Of a stretch of DNA of 64,000 bases, positions 28,131-40,126 are shown piece after piece. The stretch covers positions 974,907 to 1,038,906 of the forward strand of contig JAQGDQ010000025.1 of the NCBI GenBank assembly GCA_030141605.1, read 5' to 3'. The stretch comes from Tubiluchus corallicola (lineage: Eukaryota > Animalia > Priapulida). The position numbers and the translations under genes are program-made. Position 1 is the stretch's first letter, and each line of letters begins with the position of its first letter. The notes beneath the pieces were generated by a model. It saw only the letters and a program-made list of their open reading frames with translations. It made no database searches and was not told the origin of the DNA.

Positions 28131-28620
28131 ATCAAGTGTGTATATGAAATTATGAATAGTTTGGTGTTTTTAATGCTTCTGTGGACAAAACCTTATGAAG
28201 TTTCAGCCTGTTTATTTATACCATTTCTGTACTTTCAAATTGTTAATCAATCAGTCAGCCATTCAGTCAACGGATGGAACAGTGCGTCGCTCGATTGATA
28301 ATCGATCAATTAATCAGATGAAGTGTCCATTGGTAATAAAACAAGATGGTCGATTAATTTGAAACCATCATTTCACATGGATGGCTATTGTGGTTCCTTT
28401 GTTGGTGCTGCCTGAAAATATCAGTGGCACTAGATATTGTCTTTTTGATGAATCATTGGATGCACAGTTTCAATCCAGCGAAGCTCCTCCTACACTTTAA
28501 CTTCCTGGCATTCAAGGTTGCATAGTTACCTGTTTTTCTCTGCATTTAGTTACTATTCTTGATCTTAAAAAATAGCCAAAAATTTTGACGCGAAATTAAT
28601 ATTGTCATCGATGTGATCAA

Positions 28621-29142
28621 TTACAGTCTTATGCAGCTCCGCTGTTGACATTCTGACTGTTGCGGATCTGGCGTGTACAGCGGCACTCCACAGCAAACAT
28701 CTTCACAGCACAAAATGGCTGACCAGATAGCAGCAACAATTTCCACAACACCCATTAAGATTTCAACTGAATATAGCGATAATAACACTTTTGTCATTTT
28801 GCAGTAAATTTCAAACCAATAGTTATTAGGGTCGTATATAATGTCGCGCGAAGACGTATAGACGCAGTCGTACATTTCATCATATACAGACAAACAGGTC
28901 AGGGTACCAACACAAATGAGAACAGCACTGAAAAAAGCAGCGATGATACTCGTGACCATGGAAGTAACAGTCAAGCCCTTGTTCGTTAATCTACCTGATG
29001 CGGCCAATCCAAAACTCCCAGCAATAAAAAAGAAAACGCTGCACCAAATACCACCACCTCCAGTTATCAAAGGATGGATTGAATAAGCTTGAATTACTAA
29101 AACAGTAATTTCGGCTAACCCAGCAATCACTCCAGATAGGAT
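28621..29142 (-). CDS. MS4A/CD20-like four-transmembrane protein, terminal coding exon
   Basis: ttttattttAG acceptor, phase 0. Reads ILSGVIAGLAEI...GGGIWCSVFFFIAGSFGLAAS...SMVTSIIAAFFSAVL...ILMGVVEIVAAIWSAILCC: four hydrophobic segments and the CD20-family G.W....F..AG motif. Confidence 0.88.
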   Translation of the reverse strand: MLSGVIAGLAEITVLVIQAYSIHPLITGGGGIWCSVFFFIAGSFGLAASGRLTNKGLTVTSMVTSIIAAFFSAVLICVGTLTCLSVYDEMYDCVYTSSRDIIYDPNNYWFEIYCKMTKVLLSLYSVEILMGVVEIVAAIWSAILCCEDVCCGVPLYTPDPQQSECQQRSCIRL

Positions 29143-30144
29143 CTAAAATAAAAAATTAAAACAGAAGTTAAACAACAGCAGCAATAGCAATGACAGCAAC
29201 AATAACAGCAGCCGCCTACCAATACCAGTTTCTGACAGACCAAACCCTAGTAGACACCATGTTATCTGTAGGTACTGTATAAGCAAGTTTTTTTATTTTA
29301 TTTTTATTTTTAAATATTATTCACATTTAATAGTAAAATATATTAAAAGTACCTATATATAAAGCATGCTGGCAAAATGCAAATACAAATACAATATTAA
29401 CAAAAGTTTTGTAGAAACACAGAGATATAGACTACACATATGTGATGTGACTCCCATTAATGAAAACATTTTAGCCCAGTCAATCTAGCTCATTTTTAGA
29501 TCATCACCTGAACAAATTGCAACAAAGTGTTTTCATTCAGAAAAACATGCTGATTAGCATTAAAAATTTACCACACAAATTGGTGGAAAACCCTCAAAAA
29601 TGCAAAAAACTGTTGGCCATTGCCAAAAAACGGGAATTTTTCTTATAATTCAGCAAAAACGTGTCAAAAGAAGGCTAAACTGCGGTTATGCTTTTTCTAG
29701 CCAAAGAAAATAATGGAGACATATCAAACATATCTTACAACATCTCCGAACCCTAAAAACGAAAAGTGTATCAGCCATTAGTAAAAAATGGTTTTCACGC
29801 TATAATTAAGTACACTAGGATTGTATTTATATCCATTGCTTTTAAGGTCTGGAATGTGATGAGCATATTTTTGCCACCATAACCGAAAAAAATGTTATGG
29901 TTATGGTTAACCGAAAAAACTAGTAACCGTGTACTGGTTAACAAAGTACAAAATGCTCAAACAACTAACCTTAATCGTTAAAGGGCGAGGATTTAAGAGG
30001 AAAAAGAAAATCTTCGGCGAACCATTTGGATGCCATGTTATCTGCGTTTGCCAGGTACTTAGAAATACATGTGTATCTTTGTTGTCAGAGCATATTCTAT
30101 AAGGTGTACAGGACTGTAAACATCACATTCACATCAAGCATTAT

Positions 30145-30285
30145 ATATATAATAGTAGATATAGTAATAGTATAATATTAGTATACTATTATATACTATA
30201 ATAGTATATAGTAATATTATAATATTAGTATAGTATTATATACTATAATAGTATATAGTAATATTATAATATATACATATACATA
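30145..30285. repeat. AT-rich palindromic tandem repeat
   Basis: Repeated TATACTATTATA-TAC-TATAATAGTATA and AATATTATAATATT units. Confidence 0.7.
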
Positions 30286-30500
30286 TGCCGTGTAAAAATA
30301 GTTATTTTTACCCAAAGTCGTTTTAATCTAAATCTGATACTTCCACATCATATTGATTTCAATGTTGGAATTCCTCCTTACAAAGCTTAGAGATTTCTAA
30401 CTACCTGGGTGTGCAAATGTTACTGACACTGAGCCCATCAGCATATGTTGCATTATGTTCCTTACATTTGAGTATTAATACTGGCCCATCGAAGGAGTTC

Positions 30501-30650
30501 ACAATTCCCCACACAATTTAAATACCCTAACCCTAACCCTAGCCTAACCCTAACTCTAACCCTAACCTAATCCAACTCTAACCGTAACTCCAACCCTAAC
30601 CCTAACCCTAATCCGCTTCACGAACTAATTTCTTGTGTGTGGGGAATTGT
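30501..30650. repeat. Interstitial (TAACCC)n telomere-type array enclosed by inverted repeats (MITE-like)
   Basis: ACAATTCCCCACACA ... about 14 degenerate TAACCC units ... TGTGTGGGGAATTGT. Confidence 0.75.
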
Positions 30651-31078
30651 AAGCTTTAGCTGATTAATTTTGCCTTGAAGACACATGCAGAAGGCATTGG
30701 ACGGAGTCAGTCTTCACAACCTTAACCAGATTTAAAAACTTTATCATTCAGTCACAACTCCTTCGCTAAAGACGGATGTATTTTGCATTTCTAGCTTTTC
30801 TGAGATGTTGTGACAATGTAGAAACAATTCGCCATTGTTTTCGTTGACCTAAAATATATATACTGGATATCACTTTTTATCCGTTAACGTTTTTTCTGAG
30901 TTCTAACAAAATTCTTGTTGTTTTTCTTGGTAATGGCCTACCGTTTTTTGCAGTTTTGAGGGTTTTCCGCCAACTTGTGTGCAGTAGTTTTTTTAGTATG
31001 CTAAACAACACTAGGTACAAGTGACAATCTTTTTGTTGCAATTTGTTCACGTGTCGGTTACTAGAATTTGGCACTTAC

Positions 31079-31462
31079 CTGTAGAAATGCCAACACCTTT
31101 GCTCGTTTCTTGGCTAAAGGATGTTGGATCTGCAGCTGCTGCGCCTCAGAAAATGGATTAGCACTTCTTGATAAATCTTGATAAATTGTAGAAGATGTCT
31201 GTGTTGGCCAAAGACGTACTGGAAGTGACGGTGGAATAGCTTTGACGTCTGCGGCTGAAGTATTTTCAGACGTATTTACACAATTTGATTTTTCATATGT
31301 ATCCGTAGATGGCGGGTGAAGCATAAGGGAAGCCGGGTCCAATGGAACAGAATAGTCGTGACTTACAGACACCTTGTCATTTTTTTCACGAGATGTTGGT
31401 ATAAGTTGAGGACGAGAAGAAAATGATAATAGAACACAATTGTCATAACTAGTTGACGCCAT
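31079..31462 (-). CDS. MS4A/CD20-like protein, first coding exon (Ser/Pro-rich cytoplasmic N-terminus)
   Basis: ATG at 31462 (MASTSYDN...); ends KKRAKVLAFLQ|GTAAGT, phase 0. Splicing gives KVLAFLQ-ILSG, resembling the MS4A K.LG..QI..G start of TM1; about 301 aa in total. Confidence 0.82.
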
Positions 31463-32048
31463 ACGTAAATCAGTCACATGAACGGCTAATAAATTCAAAC
31501 GTGACCTTCCTGGTTTTCACTGGAAACAGTGCTGCAACAGAGCTGAATTGGTCGGAGCCATGAATGAACGCTGCCACTAAAAGCTGCACGCATTGTCGAA
31601 AATAAGCAATGCAGTATAAACTTTGAAATATTAATATTTATATTAACCAATTGTATGATAATTACACTAAACAAACACTGCACTAAAGGCTGCATTCAAC
31701 ATAAATTAACACGATACTGTCTAAAATTATGTGAACTTTCTAGGAAACCGTGGAAACGTGCAAGTTGCAGTTTAATCAAATGACATCGTTAACAAGTATG
31801 ATAGACTTGAATGTTTGCTATAAAAGGAACGTTAAGAATACTTTGCTAAATCTGCTGCGCAAACAGAGATTTTTTTCAGTACTTTTTTGTTTAACGTTAC
31901 AATATATGTACAGACAATAGGTACAGCATATATGCTTGGTATGGTAGGCGTAATGCGTAAAGTACATTAAGTAACAGCTGTCTGTAAGTACAGTTACAGT
32001 ATTGCAGTCTCCTTTGCGGACCTTCAATCTCTCCTCTCTGTCTCTCAA

Positions 32049-32049
<1 letters not shown>

Positions 32050-32090
<41 letters not shown>

Positions 32091-32168
32091 GCGCGCGCAC
32101 GCGCACGCGCACGCGCACACGCACGCACGCACGCACACACACACACACGCACGCACGCGCGCGCGCAC
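32050..32168. repeat. Compound (CA)n/(CG)n/(CACG)n microsatellite
   Basis: About 118 bp of alternating purine-pyrimidine sequence. Confidence 0.95.
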
Positions 32169-32861
32169 CTCTTACAACAGAGACGACATATAGCCTAACA
32201 TCCAATTTATTGAAAAAGAAGACACTGGAATATTGTGGACCAATTAGGATGATTTGAACCCAGAACCCCTTTTTTGGCAACTATGAGTAATATTAAACAC
32301 GTTTGTGTTCTACGAGCTAACATGAGGGAATTTGCACACATATATTTTATGCAGACAAACAAATGCAGGCAAGAGACAGTGAGAGAATGTCTAGATGTGT
32401 GTGTATGTTTGTAAAGATGTGTATTTTATATTTCCTCTTGATGTTTATTTCCAGATTTGTACATTTTGAATGACATTAATATGAAATTCTCATCGTTCGT
32501 TTCCCGCAAAAAGTTTTTATCAGCCTTGTTTGTCGTTGGTAGAATGATAGGCCTATTTGCTTTTTTGATGTTTAAATGGAATAATGTGTGTAGTCATTTA
32601 TATGAGACAGGTATGCTGTTTTATTCAAACTTTCATTTGTTTGTGCTCATTCTTATGTTACAATATCCATCTGTTTGTTACATCTGAATTGGTTTGGAAA
32701 GAAATTCTACCATCTGTTAACCAATAAAACTGAATACAGTCAGACACAGATTCTTTAAAATGTTCGTTACAATTTTTGGTGTGCTTTCGTGCGCAATTAT
32801 TTAAGTTCGTACGAAGTTTCATAAGTTCAATTTAGAAAAAACTTCACAGAAATTTCATCTA

Positions 32862-33430
32862 CATGGTGCCTCAAAAGTCACAATACAAATTACGTTTTCT
32901 ATATTTTTTTAATGAACAAAGCAAAATGTTTGAAAATTGGACTCGTGAACTAAAACTTTGGACAAATCTTTTAGTCAAATTAGACGAAAATCTGAAAAGA
33001 ACTACTGCACTAGTAAGATTTGCTATTTTCACTACCGTCTTCAGGGCTTTAAAGAGTTTCATAGACCAATCCAAATGGCAAGTCCTCCATCTTGCATTGA
33101 GAAAGTCTCTCACAGCCCATAAGTGGTGAAGTAAGGCTGCATCTTGTTGAAACACTGCATTGTTAATGGTGAGACAATAGTGAGGTCTATATGGTGCTCT
33201 GAATTTTCACAGAACTTCAGTTGATGAGCGAAAGATTTCATACCAAGCTGATTTTGTACCTCATTTCTAACATTACTGTGTCGCCATGGCAACGGGATTC
33301 CAGTCAAAAAATGAATAAAAAGAATTGTCAAAGGACTCCTTTTGATTTATGTAAGACTCTGCTGAGATTGAAGCAAAATTTAAAAAGAAAAATTGAAATG
33401 AAAATGTATAGTGACTTTTGAGACACCTCG
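32862..33430 (-). mobile_element. Internally deleted Tc1/mariner element with transposase remnant
   Basis: TA|CATGGTGCCTCAAAAGTCACAATACA ... TGTATAGTGACTTTTGAGACACCTCG|TA; minus-strand FQQDAALLH...VRDFLNA resembles the FQQDGAPPH...VR.FL motif. Confidence 0.8.
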
Positions 33431-34076
33431 TATTTGTTTCGTATGTCAGGTGTAACTCAGCCCGGCGATGTTTCCACAGTTATGGGCATTTGCAGATTTC
33501 CCCTGCGGTTTTGGTATAATTACAGCGCAGATTAAAAATAAACGTAACATTCTCTTGACTGTTTCTAAGCCATATCTAAAAAAAGAAGAAAAAGAGTGAA
33601 GATGAAGAAGGAAAAGCGGAGAATGAAAAAGAAAGGAAAGGCGAGAATTAAAAAACAAAGGAAAGCAATTTTCTTCTTTTTTGAAACAAGAAAGTATAGC
33701 AGAGACGGAAAGAATGGAAGGAAAATAAAGAAGGCATGAACGAAGGGAAAAAGAAAAAAAAGTTAGAAAGGAAAAACGAAAGAGAAGGAGAAAAAACGAT
33801 GAAGGAGAGAGAAAGGAAGAAACAAAGGAGCAAAGGAAGGCCACATTTAAGTATTATGTACATTCCCATACAGCAGTCTGATCAAGCTGTTCTTGTAGTT
33901 AGCTGGTGATCAGATAGAAGACTTTTCAAGACATAGTCCGAAAAAAGGACTAAGAGTCTTAAAAGTGACAGCAAGATTTTGAGACTAAAAATGTCAAATT
34001 AAGTTATAAATTAACCAATAATTGCAGCGATAAAGGATAGAAGTAACCACCATTAAATCCTCGTGACCATTCATAG

Positions 34077-34693
34077 TAGTGGCGTAGCAAGTGCTTGTGG
34101 CTTCAGGGGGCAGAAAACTCTTGGCGCCCTACCGTTTTAATGTTTTGATCGTTTGTTTCGTGGTTGAAGCCACAAATAGTGCATGTTTTTTGCGTCCCTG
34201 AGCCTGACTTTCCTTTTTCGACATGATGGGATAAAGATAAACGATCTTTTATGAGAATCACCATGAGTTTGATTTTTGGTACTGCAGCAGAATGACTCGT
34301 TTCTATGTAATAGTTTCACCTATCGCGACAGTCCTTAAGCATTAAGCTCCAGCATTAAAACATGTAAAGATTATGAAAGATATAGAACACTACAGGTTTT
34401 CACAATAATACAGTCGGCATTTAGAGAAACGGCACTGTTTCTCTCAAAATTATCAAATAGCTAGCTCAGGCGCCACCCTACACATGTCGTTAAGTAACAA
34501 CATTAGCTTTTTTAGGTTGCAGGTAGTAATTGAGTGAGCTTGGATGAATTCTGACTAGGCAATTTTGTTGCAGTTTGAAAACCTTTGTTAATTGTTCTGT
34601 TAATGTCGGATTAGTAATTAATAATTAACAGTCATTGAATTCTAGACAAATTCTGTGATCTCCCACCCAGGGGCGATTGCCCCCCCCTGCTAC
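34077..34693. mobile_element. Degenerate hAT-like MITE (AGTGGCGTAGC type); similar relic near 20175-20695
   Basis: Left end TAGTGGCGTAGC...GGCGCCC; right end CAGGGGCGATTGCCCCCCCCTGCTAC; no TSD confirmed. Confidence 0.35.
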
Positions 34694-35235
34694 AAATTTG
34701 ATTCATAATAACATATCTTCGTGCCATAAACACTTACGTACGTCGAAACCTTGTGTTTATTACAAACAGCAAGAAAATTCACTACTGGCAAAAGTACCGG
34801 AGCTTTAATTGGTCTTTTGAAGAGGGAACAAATGAGGGTCAGCAATTTTCCGGCTTAATGCCCACTTGTTAAAATAATTCACTTACATTCTCGGACGCTG
34901 CAAAGTAATTGTAAGTTTAAAGACTAATTACACAAAGATTAGGGCGTGTTTACTGCCGATGTGTAATGTGGTTGACCTTCGAGGATAGCTAGTGGTCTTC
35001 ATTGTCAACAAAATACTTTGTTTGCTGTTGTTGTAGTTGTCGGTGCCGTTGTTCTTTTGCTGACATGTTCTCATGCCATACTTTTACTGGTTTATCAATG
35101 TACTTATGAAATACCTTTGTTTTTGGACGACTTTCTCGTATATTTTTTATTTGTTTATTACTATTATTGTTATTATTATTATTACTAATATTATTATTAT
35201 TTTATTATTATTATTTATTATTATTATTCTTATTA

Positions 35236-36051
35236 TCTATACTCTTATATTAGTATTCTTGGTATATATATTTATTTATTTATATATATATGTAAGATTC
35301 GAGGCTACAGCTCCGACGAGGGCACCATTTGGGGCGATCTATATATCAAACGAAAGGTCTCGATCTAGTGTCGTCTCATTGAGGGTTTATTTTTCGAATC
35401 GGGCTCACCGGGAGGAACGGGAGGCGAAAAACCTCCAAAAATGGCCCTTTTTCGGCCGTTTTTTGTAAAAGTTATACGGCTGAGATGTAAAGAACGGGAA
35501 CGGGCCGAGGGGAGTGCTGGGTATGGATAGATAGCCCGTTCAGCGGTGGGTGTAGTAGGCATATTTAGAATTCCCGAGAGGGCCAGGGCGCCCCGCAACG
35601 GGCGTTTTCCCGGACCCAACTCGCGATTTTTTCGAAATTTTGACCAAACAGCATGCGGGAAAAACGTTCTAGCGGCGCCCGGTGGGACTCTCGGAAGGAG
35701 ATATATAGCTCATCAGAAAGAGGAAGGACAGGGCTACACGATGATGTGGGATATATTTTAGGGCAGGTCCACCGAGAGGAGTATCAACGAGTTAGTTAGG
35801 AGTTCTATTTTCGGCAATTTTCACTTAGAAAACTGCTGACGCAAAGGCATTGTTGTGACGTCATCCATTGTACTCTGTCTATAATCTTATAACTTTAATT
35901 CAGCAAAAAGCTACAGGCTTTGCGTTAGTTAAACAAACAGTAGGCACGATGTTACGGGCTTTGTGTTATAAATGTGGACTAGGTAGGATGTTCGCGTATT
36001 ATTGATTACACGTGTATTTATACGCAAAATCTTTTGCGGGGCCTTTGCTAT
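35236..36051 (+). mobile_element. Non-autonomous Helitron, subfamily A, with altered 3' end (CTAT)
   Basis: A|TCTATACTCTTATATT 5' end; subterminal hairpin CGCAAAA-TC-TTTTGCG then GGGCCTTTGCTAT. Confidence 0.85.
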
Positions 36052-36159
36052 TTATTATATTATAGCACATAGTTTCAACTTTGTGAAAAATGTTTGGAAT
36101 GGTTTTGTTGTAATGCTGTGCTGTTGGTGCTTGTGCTATAGGTGTTGTCATCGTTGCCA

Positions 36160-36190
<31 letters not shown>

Positions 36191-36219
36191 CATCATGATC
36201 ACCACGTGAGGTGGTGGAT

Positions 36220-36935
36220 TTGATGTGGTGTGGTGGTGGTGTGCTTTGTGTGTTGTGCTATGGATGGTGTGGTGGGGTGATAGGGTGTGTGGGGTGTGGT
36301 GTGGGTAGTGTGGTATGGAGTGGGTGGCGTGGTGTGTGGGTGGGTGGGTGTTGTGGTGCGGTGTGGTGTTATGGTGTGGTGCAGTGCAGTGTGATGTGGT
36401 ATGGTGTGGTGCAGTGTGGTGTGATGTGGTGGAGTATTATGGTGTGGGTGGTGTGGTGTGGTGTGTGGGTGGTGCGGTGCAGTGGTATGGTGTGGTGCAG
36501 TGTGGTGTGATGTGGTGGAGTCGTATGGTGTGGGTGGTGTGGTGTGGTGTGTGGGTAGTGCGGTGTGCTGCAGCAGTATGGTGTGGTGCAGTGTGGTGTG
36601 GTGCAGTGTGGTGTTATGGTGTGGTGCTGTGCGGTGTGGTGCAGTGTGGTGTTATGGTGTGGTGCTGTGCGGTGTGATGTGGTGGAGTATTATGGTGTGG
36701 GTGGTGTGGTGTGGTGTGTGGGTGGTGCAGTGGTATGGTGTGGTGCAGTGTGGTGTGATGTGGTGGAGTGGTATGGTGTGGGTGGTGTGGTGTGTAGGTG
36801 GTATGGTGGTATGGTGTGGTGCGGTGTGGTGTGATGTGGTGGAGTGGTATGGTGTGGGTGGTGTGGTGTGTAGGTGGGTGGGTGGTGTGGTGCAGTGTGG
36901 TGTTATGGTGTGGTGCTGTGCGGTGTAATGTGGTG
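36220..36935. repeat. GT-rich (GTGTG/GGT) low-complexity tandem array
   Basis: About 700 bp with recurring higher-order blocks such as GTGATGTGGTGGAGT..TATGGTGTGGGTGG. Confidence 0.9.
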
Positions 36936-37420
36936 TGATAGTCCTATTTAGAGTTCCCGAGAGGGCCACGGCGTCCCGCAACGGGCGTTTTCCCGGACCC
37001 AACTCGCGATTTTTTCGAAATTTTGATCAAACAGCATGCGGAAAAACGTTCTAGCGGCGCCTGGTGGGACTCTCGGAAGGAGATATATAGCTCTTTGCAA
37101 AGAGGAAGGACGGGGCTACACGATGGTGTGGGTTATATTTTAGGGCAGGTCCACCGAGAGGAGTATCAACGAGTTAATTAGGAGTTCTATTTTCGGCAAT
37201 TTTCACTTAGAAAACTGCTGACGCAAAGGCATTGTTCTGACGTCATCCATTGTACACTGTCTATATCTTATAGCTTTAATTCAGTAAAAGCTGCTTTGCG
37301 TTAGGTAAGTAGGAAGGATGTTACGGGCTTTGTGTTATAAATGAAGACTAGGTAGGACGTTCTCGTATTATTGATTACACGTGTATTTATACGCAAAATC
37401 TTTTGCGGGGCCTTTGCTAG
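36932..37420 (+). mobile_element. Non-autonomous Helitron, subfamily B, 3' half with intact CTAG end
   Basis: Hairpin plus GGGCCTTTGCTAG|T; tail TTAGGTAAGTAGGAAGG is of the same type as in 47724-48505. Confidence 0.85.
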
Positions 37421-39424
37421 TTTGGAATTAATTTCAAGGTCACTAACACACCAGAGCAGAATGCACTGAATAAAAAGGTCTTGAAGGCAGGCTTTAAAAC
37501 TTCTTTAATGATACAAAGATTACAGGTACTAATCAGAACCAGCCTGTAAAAGTGTAGCTATTGCTATGTAATTGGTGTACGACATATAAAATAGCAGTGT
37601 TATTTGTAGTGGAATCGAGTAGTGGATTCCTGATATAGAAACAGGCAATGCGTTGTTAGACTGAGGCTCATGAATGTGGCTAGGCTTTTGTTCTACATGC
37701 AGTAAGATCCCGTCACTATTAGGACTGTGGTCTAAAACAGCAGGGTGCCTTGGCCAACTGATTGCCTTTTTTCCAAGGGATAATTTTTACATCTTTCCAT
37801 TGCTATAACTGCCTGATGTTCAATCATAACAAAACGTTTGTTCTTTCAAACTTCTAGCAAACAGTTGCATAATTGTGCAATAATTATGGGGTTTCATACA
37901 ACCTTGAGGTCAAGAGTTTATTCATTTCCCGTGAAAGTCCTATCCTACGTCACCTTTTGATGTTTGATTTGAAAGCTTTGTAACTTATCTCGAGAATACG
38001 TGTAAGTGGAGAAAAGATGATGAACGCTGACGCTCAAGCTGGCACGTTTTGCCTGCGGGGATTAAATGTCATGGGAAGATAATATTTAGACTATTGTTAG
38101 AAATGATGCAGATCATTTTGCAGAAGTAACGTCCATTGTGTATGCTTGTGCTTGCGCAAAGTGTGATGAAGTCACTCATTGTAACTGAAATAAAGACTTA
38201 AACTTCAGCTCGCTTGACCTGTGATAAGTAGATTAGTGAAGACTTACTCATACTTCATTGTAACCAGTGTTGCATACTGATAACTTATCTTTCCCAGGGT
38301 TTCTTTAATAATCATGTTATCTTGTCACCAAAATGGTTTCCTGAGTGAATGAAAGGAATTATATTTACTAAACTGAATTTTGCCGTACTAATACACACTC
38401 TGCATTAAACTGAAAAAATAATCTTGTTTTCATTAGAGTTATGTCATAAAGCACTTAGTCTGTATTGAATTAAATGTTGTTTTTTAAGTGCCGTTACGGC
38501 AAATTAAATTGCTAACTAAAGTGGTCTAAGGCATCTACCTATGCTATCAACTTTGGATTTGTGCCATCATTATCAACAATCTTGATATTAGGATTATAAT
38601 AATTAAAGTGAACATGCTTATTACTGCTTAAGCATGACACATACATATATACACCTATCATTAGACATGAAATGAAACAAATTTTAGCAAAGATTGAAAA
38701 AACGAGTGCTGTATTTGATTTTATACAAAATTTTGACATAGCTTGAGATTTGCAGCTTCCATATTGATTTCATACTATGTTTTATAATAATCTACGTCAT
38801 TATCACATAACAAAGCATGTTATAACTTAGAATGGGTTTTCTCATGATGGAAGCATATATCTCAGCTATTTAAAAAATTCCTTGTAAAATATTTTTAGCA
38901 ATGTAACTAGCTTTTGAGTAAGGAATTGTAATAACTGTTCAACATGACATAGCAACAGGCCATAGATAATATAATTACATTTTAATAACAATGTTAGAAA
39001 ATGGAAACATGAGATAAAATTTTAACACTTGTAAGGTCACAAGGAAATTCTGACCCTATGCTGCACATTATCTGACTATTCAAGTCAGTAGAAACTTGCT
39101 TATGTGGGCTTCACAATGTGTGTGCTAAGGGTCATAACTGTATATAGCTCATGTTTTACGTTACTCAATTTTATTTTCAAACACTATATTCGATGTACCA
39201 TATGTTAAAGATTAAAATTTCCTGCGATAATTCTTCCCAAGTGCATTTGCTTTGAAAACACCCAGTGCTTCACAATTATAGCTGAAAAAAATAGTAATTC
39301 ACACACGTGCACGCACACGCATGCATGCACGCACACACATATGCACACACACTATACTGATATTACAGAAAAGATGTCTACAGAGTCGCCTAAAACTGTG
39401 CTGAATGTATTTCTTCATTTTCAG

Positions 39425-39602
39425 CTTACAACATTGATGAGGAACCATATAATTTTGCTCAGCAGTCTGGTGTTTGGGAAGTACATCGATGTAAAGGTGA
39501 CCGCAAAGGACATGTAATAAGACAAGTTCTAACCACAGAACCCATACACTGGTGTGGGTCTGTTGTCAAGCCACCAATTACCATCATAGGCAATCCAAAA
39601 TG
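39425..39602 (+). CDS. GALC: Isolated exon of galactocerebrosidase (GH59, C-terminal region); orphan exon or pseudo-exon
   Basis: ttcatttttcAG acceptor and TG|GTATGA donor, 178 bp, no stops. YNIDEEPYNFAQQSGVWEV...GHVIRQVLTTEPIHWCGSVVKPPITIIGNPKW matches the GALC pattern E.PNFA.Q.GV.E...LRQVL...PI.W......I.IIG...W (recalled, not searched). Confidence 0.8.
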
Positions 39603-40126
39603 GTATGAATCCTACAGATGCTGACATCATACTATAGATTTCCTTAAGTAATTTGTAAAATTCTTTGTTTCTTAAAGTCAATTAAGAAGCGGCAAAATGC
39701 ACTGTGTATTGTTTCTATTGGCAAACATCTCATTTATCCTTGTTTTATTTTCATTAAAAAGTTTCGATACAGTTTGCCTGCATAGTGATATTCATAAGGG
39801 CTCATATTTTTTGACAATTGATCTACAAACGTTGAGGGAAAGTTCTGTTTATACCTTAGTATTCAACAATGTATTGGGAACTGACCTAGAGTGGTGATGA
39901 ATATTAGCAATCATGCTTGGTAAATGCACAATGCTGATACATACATAATAAAATTCATAATTATATTTATATTATATATAATTATACTTATATAATGCAT
40001 AATTTGTGGACCAAAATAAATCTCGTTGTCTCATAAACAGAGAAAATTTATCAATTTTGCATTATAAACTGGGATTATAAAATCTGCAAGCACTTAAATT
40101 TAGAGAAACTGATTTTGAATTTATAG

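Noticed and set aside
31818-32280. VC/AC/RV-repeat ORFs, and the Phe/Ser-rich ORFs at 33446-33869
   Set aside because: Translations of microsatellite and purine-rich low-complexity sequence.
35365-35761. Recurrent 70-130 aa ORFs (MGPGKRPLRG...) also at 40692, 47016, 47811 and 48013
   Set aside because: They lie inside Helitron copies, shift frame between copies and show no Rep or helicase motifs.
36211-37002. Val/Trp/Cys/Gly-rich and His/Thr/Pro-rich ORFs
   Set aside because: They are translations of a GT-rich simple repeat that is open in many frames.
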